Both the position numbers and the translations under genes were made by a program. Shown one piece after another: positions 51,401 through 63,400 of a stretch of DNA of 64,000 nt. Every line of letters starts with the position of its first letter. The stretch's first letter is position 1. This DNA comes from Candidatus Omnitrophota bacterium (lineage in GTDB: Bacteria; Omnitrophota; Gorgyraeia; Zapsychrales; Fredricksoniimonadaceae), in contig CAJARJ010000019.1 of NCBI GenBank assembly GCA_903944345.1, positions 7,480-71,479 on the forward strand. The letters are read 5' to 3'. The notes beneath the pieces were generated by a model. That model had not been told where the DNA came from. It saw only the letters and a program-made list of their open reading frames with translations, and did not search any database.

Positions 51401-54400
51401 TGGTACAGATCACGGTCTTTTTTATGTGACCACGGATAAATTTATTAAGGAATATGAAGGTTTTACTTTTTTTGAAGGACAATCGCTACCCGCTATCAGG
51501 CGTTGGCTTATGAAGGATAATGGGATTGTGGCGGATATCAGAACTCTTTTGGGCAAGCCAAGAGCAGGAATGGATTATCAGGATGCGTATGATTACAGTA
51601 CATTTTCAACCTGGAAAGGGTTGAAAGGTTTGGCTGCGGGGTATGGGGTTGCGCAGTATCTTGGATGGACCGCGGTTTCTGCAGGCATCGGGGGGGCGGT
51701 GGGAGGCTATGCTAACGACTGGGATCGAGCGGCTATATTTGAGGGGACTTTGAACGGAGGAGTGGATGGTGCGGCATTGGGAGGGGTTGTTGGGATCGGG
51801 GGTGGAGTGTTACAGGCTGCCGCAAAAGCAGGCTATGTTCAGAAGCTGCAATCGTTGAGTCCGGCGGTTAAGATGGGAGCCTCTTCGGTTGGCTGGGGGT
51901 CTTATGGTGTTGGTCAGGGGATGTTTAGTAATTATATGGCCGGCAAAGATATTACCGATGGCAACTGGAAAGAGTGGACCAGTCGGTTTGTGATTGGTGC
52001 CGCAACAGGTGCGGCCGGACGCGGGTTATCGGCAACCAGGTCGCCGGCATTGAATGCCGTGGCAGGAAATGTTTATACGAAGAGTCTGGTGACCACTGTT
52101 GCAGGAGGAGCAGCAGCCCGGAGTTTCGAGGAAGGCGGCAAGGGCAATTCGGCCGGAACCTTTTTGTTTGATGTTGGCTCGGGAGTTGTTGGAGCGTTCG
52201 CAATCTCCGGTGCGGGGGTATGGGGCAGATCTATTCTGGGCCAGACAGCAGGGAAAACGGTTTCTGCGCCAGCCTCCTCTGTTTGGTATGACTCTTGGGC
52301 CGCAAGTAGCAATCTCTTTAAGTCCTCTGTCGGCAAGACGACGGCAAAGTCTGTTTCATTAGCTGAGCGCGGAGCCGCGGCTGTTCGTCCCTATACCGCT
52401 CCAGTTGGAAACTTTTTTGATGCCAATCCTGCAGTAAGACAATTTGTAATGCCCTTTTCCGGAAAAAACTACAATACAGCGCTGGGTGAAATACGCGGGC
52501 TTGCCGGGGCAGGAAAGATGTCTTATCTTGAGTATTCCGCAAAAGTTTCGAAGCTCGCAGCCTCCGGAGTTCTTGGCGGATCGACTTGGGGAGGCGTGGC
52601 CGGGTATGCGTTGTCATATGGCAATCCCAATGAGCTCACATCTGAACAACGGATGGGTTATGCGGCTTATGGCGCTTTTGCGGGGGGCGCGTTGGCTCTT
52701 CTGGTTGCCGCTCGTCCGGCTATGCAGAACTGGTCACGAACAACCCCTGAGGGGCGCACTCTGGAGAAGGTGGATATTACAAATTTTACTCCGAATATGG
52801 CCGGACGCATGGCTTTAACGGGGGCAACCGATTTTGCCTTGATGATGCCGGCTTGGAATATTGTGACTGTTCCGGTACACGCTGCGGCAGAAAAACTTCT
52901 TGGAAAGAGCGAAAACTGGAAGGAAGCCTGGAAAAGTTCTGATATCAGATTTCGTACGGGGATGGACGGATCTTTAATAGATCCCACAGACCTGTTAGCT
53001 CGCAAGGCTCCTGGCGATATGTTAAGCGGTGCCCAGATGGGCGTTATGCTGGGACCGACCATGGGGCTTTTACAAAAGCCATTAAGCGCCGTGACCAGAA
53101 ATGAGAACGGTTTCTGGGGCAAGTTCTGGAAAGGTGAAAATCTGGCCGGAAAATTAACACCTTTTGCCGGACATTCGATGCCCAGAACCATTGCGACTTT
53201 GTCTTTTGTCGAGGTAGGAACCGAGCAGGCCATGCATGCCTTTGGACAGGGACGCATTGACCGGTGGGGTCAAGAGGGCATGGCAAAGGTCGAAAAATTA
53301 ATGGCGCTTGATCAGGTGTCGCGAGAGTTGGAATTGCAGCGTTTGGGAGATTCGGGATTAAAGACTTTTTTTGATACAGGAGATTTCTCCGCGGACGCGG
53401 TCAGGAATTATGGTATCAGTTACGCTGAAGGGCAGGTTGCCGCATTAGCCTCGAATGTTGCGTTTGCTTCGCTTTTCTTCAAGCCGACGGCCAGTCCTCG
53501 TCCGGTTGATTATCGTGCCCAGCGTATAGCCGCGGCGAAGGAATTGCGCGCTGCAAGAAAAGAGGTTGAGACGGCAGAAACGGCATGGAGGGCGGCCCCG
53601 ACTGATTCACAAAAGATAACGGCACATGCTGCTGCCATCGGCAAGGTAGAGAGGGCCAAACAGAAAATCTTCAGGGCTAACGCCAGCGAAGCCGCCGTTG
53701 AATTATCTAAATTTCGAACGGGCACCGGGGACGAGGGAAAAGCGGATGGGAAAACAAAAAATGTAGAGGCGATAGAGACCAAGTATAACAAAAGTATTAA
53801 TCTTGCAGAGGCCAGTGCCCGGCGGGCGAGCTGGGCGCAAACGGTTTCGACCTTGGCCGAGAACGGGGTTGTCAAATTTGATATTGATCTGCAAAGTCAG
53901 GCCGACAAGGCTCTGGCGGAAGTTAACAACCGGCAAGCGGAATATAGTCAGAATGCTTCGCCGGAGAATAAGGCGCAGGTTGACAATGCTTTAATAAATT
54001 TTTCGAAGCTTCAGAAGCAAATCAATAGAGCCGAATATGAGGCAAAGGAGATTGTTCTGAAAGCACGGATTAAAAAAGGTGAAGGAGCTGCCCCTTCAGC
54101 GTTGAAGAAGGATGCGCAGAAAGCTCAAGTGGAACTGGCTTTGTTGCCCCTAGAGAGGCTGCTCGCCCCGCGCATCGCCGTCGTTGATCAGCGAATTGCT
54201 ACTAAAAGAGCGCAGAGGGACGGGCTGGTTCGTGAAGGAATAGAGGCAGCCGAACGGGAAACGTCACCTGATAATAAGACGGCTGAAACAAGCGGAAGTA
54301 CCCGTGTTGAACCTCCCGAGAGCGTTGAGACGCCCGCTCAAGCAGCGCTCAGACAAGAGCGAATTCAGGCATTGGATCACGAGATAGCCGTGCAGGAGGG

Positions 54401-57400
54401 AGTTCGTGATCGTTTGGTAACAATGATGGAAAAATGGATCGCGCCTCTTGTTGAAAGTCGTAAACAGGCCGGCGAGACCAGCCCTACCGGTGGCATCAAC
54501 TCAAAGATTGTACGTGAGGCCGTTGAAGATCATCTGGCGAATGATCCACTGGAAAGGTCTCAACTAGAGACAAGCGCCGGGAGGCTGGAAGGTTCCAGCG
54601 GCAAGAAAGTTGAAGCAGGATCCAAAGAATATGGCGAAGCGGTTGAGGCCGCGCAGATTCTGGCGCGGCATAATTTGAGGACAGTCGAGAGACAAAGGGA
54701 CTCCCGCAGCGAAGAGTGGGTCGCAGATGAGCAGCTGCAGCGGGCGCAAAGGGAACTTGCCGAGGTAGAAAAGGAGCTTGGTTCCGCCACAGCTTCTTCT
54801 GCAGACACCAGGGTTGACACGAAAGATTCCGTGCCGCAAACCGCGGATACCGATGTTGTCAAGGCTTTGCAGCAAAGGAAGGCTGACCTGAACACCGAAA
54901 TTTCCCGATTGGAGGCATTTCTTCAAGAAAATTCCTCGTCAGCACAACCAAAAGAGATCGCTCAATTAAAGAGAGAACACAGGCAGGCTGTCGCTGCTGC
55001 CGAGGTAGCCGATAAGCACCGGGCTTTGCACGAGAGTGGTCAGACAGCGGAAAAGGTTTTGAAATCACAGGAGGCCGGCGGCAAAAGATGGTATGCCTCA
55101 GCAGAAGGGTTTGTCAGGAGGCACAAGGCTTTATTGACCCTGGAACAGCGCAAGCTGGCTTCCAAAGAATTGGAGTTGGCGCAAGCAAAGCAGAAGCTTG
55201 AAAATAGCTTGCAGGCACCCGAGCAAGCCGAAACTAAAGAAAAGATCGAGGCTCTGGAGAAAGATGTTTTTAATCTCCAAAAGTTGATGCTGGCTCACGA
55301 GTCCAGACTTGGTTGGGCCGAATTTTTTGCGGGAGCCAGGGCAAAGGGACAAATTAATCCATTAGAGTTTTTAAGCCTCAAGGGAAAAATAGAACGAATT
55401 GAGCATGATCCCAGTTATTCCAGAGAGCAGGCCGAAGATCTGGCGAGCAAAAAGCAGGAACTGGATAAGTTCGAGGCGACAGTAAAGGCTTTGGAGGCTG
55501 CGAAAGAGTCCTATGAAAAGGGGGAGAATGTCGATGCTGCTGCCAGTCTGCAGAAAGCGGCGGAAAATGATCCTGGATTAAGGGAGGTTTTTCCGGAATT
55601 ATTCAAGACAAGCAAGCCATCCGCTCCCGAACAGTCCGAAGCGGTTGAACAGCCAAAGCCGGCAGAGGCGGAAGCTTCCAGACAGCAAGCTACGCCAGCC
55701 CAACAGCAGCAGGCCCGTCCACAGGGAGATTTGGCAGCCAGGCAAAAAGAACAGGCGGCTCAGCTGGAAGCAATGCGTCAGCGGCAAGCTTCCAGTTCCG
55801 GAAAAACGTCGGTTGCCGCAGAAAAGCCGACGGCGGAGAAACCCGAAGCCCCGGCAAAAGTTGAGCTGTCCGAAAGTGTATCTGAATCTGTCAGAGCGGA
55901 AGGTCAGTCGAAGGAAACAATTGAGCTTCCTGAAAATATTCCATGGTCACAAGTCCAGCAGAATGTTCTTGAACGGATGGCACAAGTTGCTGGCCTTAAA
56001 GAAGGTTCGACATTGGAAGGAAGCAAAGACAGGCTGGACAAGGATATAGCCGGGCATACACAATCGGTGGGGACTCATTATGATCTTGCTCTCAGGCAGT
56101 ATGAAGTCGAGATAGCTGGCAATAAAGCACTGACTACGGGTGAAAGAAAAGCTCGCTTGGACCTTGTCAGAAGCGAGCTGGCGTTTCAGCGCGAGCATAT
56201 GCTTCGTCTGTTTCAGGCAGAACGAACGCCTTTGGAGGAGGCGCGATTTGAAGCATCCGAGTACAAGCTTGATGTGCAGGCCGCGAAATGGGAGCTGAAC
56301 AGGCCGCAGGATATTCATTTGAGCGGGGAGGGACACCTCTCTGCCTTCGATCAAATGCGGGATGAAGCCAGGACGGAGTTGGACAAGATTGATGTGCCCG
56401 ACTTGTCGGCACTGTTAGAGCACCGGGCCGCCCCCAGGGTTATTACCAGAAGAATGGTTGGAGCAAAAGGACTGGACTGGAAGAAATTCGTGGATGCTCT
56501 GCCCCAAGAAGGTGTTGAGCGCGATGCTCATCAAACTGATCAGGTCACGCTAACAAAAGATTTTGATAGAACCAAGACGGGCGGCTACCTTAAAGGCAAA
56601 GATGCCGCAGAGGTTGTTTTGAATAGAAGTCTTGATCCGAAAGAGGTTGAAGTTAAAGTTGAACAGACATTAAACCGCTTAAGAGAAGTGAAGGAACGGG
56701 TTGCGGCCATGAGAGTGGTCGGTGACATGGTTCGTGAAATGGCCGATGCCCGTGAGCTGAAAGGGACAGCGCTGTATCTTGTGAAAGCCGCCGAAGCCAC
56801 CGCAGTCCGGATTGATCTGAGAAAAAGATACGACAATCTGTTTCTTGAATTGAGGGATGATTACCGCATTCCTTTGAAGGATTTGACGCCAGAACAGCAG
56901 TTGGCGGTGGTAAAGTTCAATAAATATGTTTTTGGTGAATCCGGTGATTATCTGACACCAAAAGAATTCGTTGGGAGGGTGAGGGATGTACAAGAATCAG
57001 TTTTGTCCATTTTGCAGGACCAAGCTAAGGGGTTCGGGGAAGGTGCGGAAAATATAGTTGGCGAATTAAGCAGGATTGAAGCAAGAATTCAAGAGGTTGG
57101 AAACGAAATTGATTTGGCCTATTCCCTGGCGGTTTTGTCGCACGCAAGGACGGATAAGTCGGCGACTCCGGCGATAGAAGATCTTTTGCGTCAGGTGGAA
57201 CACTCCAAAGATGTGCCGATTGATCAGCAAACAATAGACAACATCAAGGAGCAGGCGGGGAGCATTCTTCCTTCTGCCAAAGAGGTAGCTGTTTCGACAG
57301 AGAAAGAGCCCTTTGCCAAACGAGCTCTCGACTATCTTGGCCAGGGTTCGCAACAGCAGAAAGACCAGGCGATTTTTGCCGTAACCAAACGGCTGACAAC

Positions 57401-60400
57401 GCTGGAGAAAACGGTCGAGACAGCCCAGGAACGTTCCCGTTTGCGCCGAGACCTGGAGCCTTTGCGTCGGGCGGTTACGGTCTTGCAGACCCAGGAATAT
57501 ATCCGGCACGATATATTTAGAAAGCTTGAGGCTGCGCGCACGAATAATTCAACTCGGGAACAGGAGATTGACCTGATTGAACGTGAAGCTAAGCGCATGA
57601 CGTATATTGACACGGATGTTTTTCGCTCCCTTGAAATGGGTCGTCCGGGGGAGCGCGCTTTTATGGATTATCTGATGTTGACGGAGTTGTTTAGAAATCC
57701 CGAGATCAAGACCCCGAAAGAGTTGGAAGCAGCATTGAAAAAGAAACTTAGTGGCGATGAGAATCTCAAACCGGATAGGATTGAGCAGGAATTGACACAA
57801 GGGGACAATCAAAATCGCCTGCAGATCACGTTAGATGTATTCAACCAGCATAAAAACACTGCTCCGATTAAAGCCCTCAATCAGATGCTAAAAGATTTGA
57901 ACAGAACGCATACTTCGGTGACAGATGGTTTCAGATCCGCCTTGAGCAGACGGGAGGGGTTGAGCCCGGAGGGTGAAGCGGGCAATATCGTAGATAAGAG
58001 GATTCGAGAAGCTCAGGAACAGATAGAGAGTATGTTGGAAATTATGTATGCCAAAGATTTTGAACTCGACAGAGGGGCCGAGATTACCGAGACGCTGCGA
58101 ACAGATAATAGTGGTGTAACCGAAATGAAACGCCGCTTTGTGATGGCGGAAGGTATTGCCCAGCAGGCTATTGGCTTGCCCGGAACGGTGGTGGTCAAGG
58201 GTACGGGAGGTGGTAAAACGCTTATTCAGCTCATGGGAGTGGAGTTAAGTCATATTGTCAGTGGACGCCAGGGGGCCACCACGACCATCATCACGCCTGA
58301 ACCGGCTAATATGATTGATTACATGAAAAGAGTCAATGAATTGTATGGTAAGGCAAAAGGACAGGGGGAGACAGATCACAAGACCAGATATTTTGCCGTT
58401 TCTGAAGGCAAGGTTTATCGTTTTGATGGAGAAAATGGTGTCAATAAGGATGGCTGGAAGCTTGTCACCAGAGGTGGCAAGCCTGTGGAGGCGCGGGAAT
58501 TCGAAATGACAGACAAGAAGGAGGGAGAATCTGCGGTTGTTATGATGACCTCCCGCGATGCTTATGATATGCGGATTCAGCCCGATTCCAAGGGGTATGA
58601 GTTCTTGAAATCTATGAAAGAGGGAAAGAACGAAGTTATTATGGATGATATTCAGGAAATGACCCGCGGTTCGGGGCTTGTTCTGGGTGGAGCTTATTCT
58701 GTAAAGGAACTGATTGCCAATGGCGGGCGGGCGGAAGCTGATGAAATTAGGGGGGCGGCCCAGATGGCTGCGCAGGTTTATAATTTAACAAAAAACTATT
58801 TATCCGAACGTTCCCTGAGTACTGCATTTGAGCGGGTGGATGCTCAACTGGTTGACCATATCAAGTCGCAGGTTTTTGGAAATGGGGTCGGTCGGCTTCC
58901 TTATTCCGAAACGTCCGAGAAACGCGTTTATGAGTTTATTGATGCGGCCTGGCGGCATTTCCGTCGGGTCAAAGGCAGCGATTATCATGAAGTTGTTGTG
59001 GATGAGAAAACAAAAAGCACGGCTTATGTTGTCAGGGTCAAGGATGTCCGCGGCGAAAGAGGAGTAGAGTTGACCTGGGAAGGCGAAAATCATCAGGGCC
59101 CCAGAACCCAGAGATTTGAGAAAGAAGAGGATTTCTACAGTTTTCTGAAGCAGAACGCCGAAGCCATGACTTTGGGGTATTCCAAGGGGTTTGTTCTGGC
59201 TGATCGGTCAGTGGCCACCAAGGATCATATTTTTCATGATCCGGCAGACGCGGCCATTTGTTCAGTTGCGGTGGGAGCTGACCTGCGGGTTACTGCTGAT
59301 TATCTGGTGCGGCCCAAGAAAGCCTTGTCGGCTGATATTTTCAAGGTTGCCTCTCTGGTCGGGGCGGAACGGATAACGTTTTATAGCGCGTCTCCGGATC
59401 TTGATGCTATCAAGGAGATGGGGCTGGATGTCACCTTTTCTCGGGATGGAGGAATGCGTCAACGGGGCGATCTGGTTCTGGTGGGCAGAGCTCCGGAACT
59501 AAAACAGGGGCAGTTGGAATTTCGTTATGGCCGCGGCCGCGAGATGCTGACGGAAGCGGTGCAACAGATTGTGCGTGATATTCGTGCGGACCCGTTTACT
59601 GTCCAAAGAAGAGCGGGCGAACGCGTAGTTGCCGTCAAGGTAGGGGTTCTGGTTCTGGATCGCGCGGATTATGCCCATGAGGCCAGGGAGGCGGCTCTTG
59701 CCGCCACACGGCATGATCCTTACCAGCATGTGGTTGAAGTGACTTTTACAGGAGACCGGAAACAAAGCATAATTGCCGCGCAGGCCAGGTTGCAGGAAGT
59801 GGCTGCCGGGTATTTTACGAAAGACATGTTTGAACGCGTTGGCCCCAAGGATCAAACCTGGGAGCAGTTCGTGGAAGACTGTCTTGGTAAGAATATAATT
59901 TTGCGTGATCCGGACAAGGTGGATCCGAACACGCGCGCGAACACGGAAACGCTGCAAGACTTTGTGACGGCTGGCAAGATTCGTTTTACTACCGATGCCG
60001 CCACGCATCCCAAAGTGTCCCGGGAGATCCAGACCATTATTGAGAAGTCTTCAAAGCAGAAGATCATTGTTGTCCTTCCCAAATTTGAAGCCGGTTCGAA
60101 TCTGCTGGAGTTTTTCTCTGACAAAGGAGAGCGGATCCTTTTTGGCGCTTCTATCCGTCATGTCGGGCGCATGGAAGACAGCACGTTTTACCTTCAGCTG
60201 GTCGGACGCGGAACTGATAATTACAAAGAAACAGAGACCAATCGCGCTTACTTGTTGGGTGGTAAAATGACCACTTATGTGGACACCGCACGTATGTCGG
60301 CCACGCAGCGGGAGGCGTTTAGGGCGGCAGAGAATAAGGAAGAGAAGCTCTGGGAGCTGGCGCATACCTATGAGCGTGAGCTGGGCGTGCAGGCCGCTCA

Positions 60401-63400
60401 CCGGGCCAGATATTCCCTGTTGGATCTAAAGCTCGATGGTTATGGCCTCGAAACCAAATTAAGCGATACCGAACGTAATCAGCAGGCTCATTACGACAAG
60501 ATCATTCTGGAAAAAGGAGAAATGTATCGCGGCTTTTCCAGTTTCTATCTTCCGGAAAGAAATACGCAGTCTGTTCGCTGGTCTGTGCTTGACCGGATGG
60601 ATCTGGCAGAAGAAGGAGTTTCTTACAGAGCCTGGCAGGACTCGTTTCGCCCCTTCCGGGAAACACAGTCGGGCACACAGCTTGTGCGGGAACTGGTTTC
60701 CCAGCAGGCCGTGTCTTCCGAGGATCTGGACCGGTTGATGTTCACCCGCGATCAGAGCGGGCGTATTACAGACTCTCCTGTTTTCGAGATCGGGCGTAAC
60801 GGCGGCTTGACCGGTAATACGACGATGGTTGGAACCGTGGCCATGCGTATTTTACAGGATGAGCATCATGGCGGTCAGCCAGCCACCCGCAACGATCTGG
60901 AGGGCATACTCAACCGGGCGCGCCAGGAAGTGACCAGCTACATTTCTGCCGGAGCCAAGCTGGAGCAGGGAACAGATGGCGAGCTCATGTGGGTCAAGCG
61001 GGATGACGAGGGTCTTTATATGGACGTTATTCCGGCCGGAACAAAAAGATATAAGGTGAACGCTGCCGATACGCAGGAGTTTCAGGTGGTGGAGCGTTAT
61101 AATTACAATCCTGCCGGTCAGGGAGCGTATTGGGCAAAAAGTTTCCTGGCTTTGCCCTCGGGCGCTCCAGCCCAGGGACTGACGGTGCACGGAACAATAA
61201 TTCCTGACGGAGCGCAGGTGGACCAGAGTGGACAGTATGTCTTGACACAGAATTTTTCTCATCCTGACCAGCCGAATGTTCTGGCTTTGCTGGTGAACGG
61301 GCAGATGATCGTCAAGGAAAAAGGAGAGCTCTCCAAAGAGGATGTGGAGGCGGCCGGAGGAGATTGGGAGCAGATCAAAGAAAAGTTGACCCAGGCCAAA
61401 GAGCGGCTGGCCGACATTAAAGAGGATACGATCATATTTGATTCTGCTGTGACGGCAGAAAAAGCGCAGGCACTGCTTTTGGATATGTCCGCAACACAAC
61501 CGCTTCGGCGAGTGATTCAAGCGGCTGTTGAAGGTTATTATCAGCTAAATGCGCATTTGCCCCGCGAACGGCTGGCGGCGATTGTTGGGGAGAATAACGT
61601 TGGTGTTTTGGAAACCGCTTTGCAGCAAGCGGGTCTTGTTGATGCGGCGGGAACTGTGCAGGAGAAGAAAAAAGTAGTACTTGAAAAAGACGAACCTGCG
61701 CAGTCATGGACGGCCCTGATGCCCTCCCGGATGCCTTCCAGAGTAAACACGGCAGAAGATGAGAAAGACAGGGCACAGAAAGCTGAAAAGAGAGCCCGCG
61801 ATCTGGCTGTAGCTTTAAACTTGCCCAGGAGCTACCACGAGCATGCTTTGGCCATTCTGGAAAGCCTGAGAGATTCTTTGGAAATAGATATTCCTTTGCG
61901 GCAGTTTGTTTCGGGCACAGAGCGCCTGCAAGCTCCGGATGGAATTGTGCGTTTGTCGGCTGAAACTATGGACAGACGCGTTATTGACGTCTCTCTTCAG
62001 AGTCAGACGGCTCGCCGTGAAGGACAGCTGCGTCAGCAGGCTGGCGAGCGGGGAGACTTGGATGCTGTTCGGGCGCACACCAGAAATATCAACCGGTCGC
62101 TTGCCGGAATTCTGAAGTATCGCGCCGGACTTTCTTTGGCCCCTACGGTGACGAAAGAAATCTTCAAGGATATCAAGGATGCGGCTGTTAATAAAGATGC
62201 ATTGATTCAGGCATTGAGAGCTGCCGGGTATATTGATGACAAAGGCTTTTTAAAAGATGACAGTTTCTTTGCTGTGAAAACTGCGGCAGATCTGAATATT
62301 GGCCTTGATCTGAAAGATGAAGACAAGGACAAGGTCTTTGAGGCGCTGGTCAAGGCGGAAACAATCCGTATTAATATTGATCGTGGTTTGTCACGTTCAG
62401 AATATACGCTGGAAGATTTTGACGGAAAACAGGAGAAGGCACAGGCTTTACTGGATCAAATTCGCAGGGATTCCAGTATTAGCGCTCCGACTCCGCAAGA
62501 CGGCCATCCCGCTGAAGATCCGGTAGCGGCGCTTAATCAGTTGTTGTCTGACCAGACAGGATCTGCGTTCTTGCCCCAAAAGGATTCTGTCACTCCTCTG
62601 GAAGTCCGCCGGGCCATCAAGGCTAAATATGAAAAACTGGCTCCCGAGGATCGCGATCTGGGCCAGGATAAAGATGAGCTGACCATTCGTCTTTTGCGTA
62701 CGCTGGGGAGCAAAGTTCGTGATGTAAAAGGTGATCTTGTCCCCTTGTCCCAAATTCGTCAGCTGGAAATGGATTTTTCCCTGCTGGATGACGGCCAGGC
62801 GGCGCAGGCCACAAATTCTTCGATCAAGCTGGGCCTTGATGCGTTTCTCACCGCGCTGGCGGACAATAACAAGTCCGGTTTCCGTTTTGTTCGTCACGAA
62901 GGTATGCACGTCTGGGATCGCAATCTCTCCCGGCATAAACTGGAGGCCCGGCGAATTGCGGGCAAAGTGGATGTCATCCCCCGTTCGGCACGCATACGGT
63001 TTGAGGATTATAAAGTTTTTCAGACAGACACTCTGCGTGCCAGATTGAATGAAAACAAGGTTGGAATTTTGAGTGATCCTTTTGCTTTTATCAGGGACAT
63101 GGAAACGCTGGGCTATGTCAGGAAAGAAAAGGATCATTACATTAAGACCGACAAGTTCTACCAGGAAACCAACGGAATGGTTTTTAAGAAACTTCCCGGG
63201 TATGACACGCAGGAACAGCGCAAGTTTGTTTTTGAGCTTCTTAATAATGGAGAAGAAATCGGTATATATGACAAGGATTTTGCTCTTGGCGAAGTCTTTA
63301 CCCAGAGAAAGGAAGGCAGGGATTATCTGCAGGAATTGTCCCGGGCCATGGAGCAGGGAGATATGCAGGAGGTTCGGCGGATGTCTGCCATTGTGGAAGA

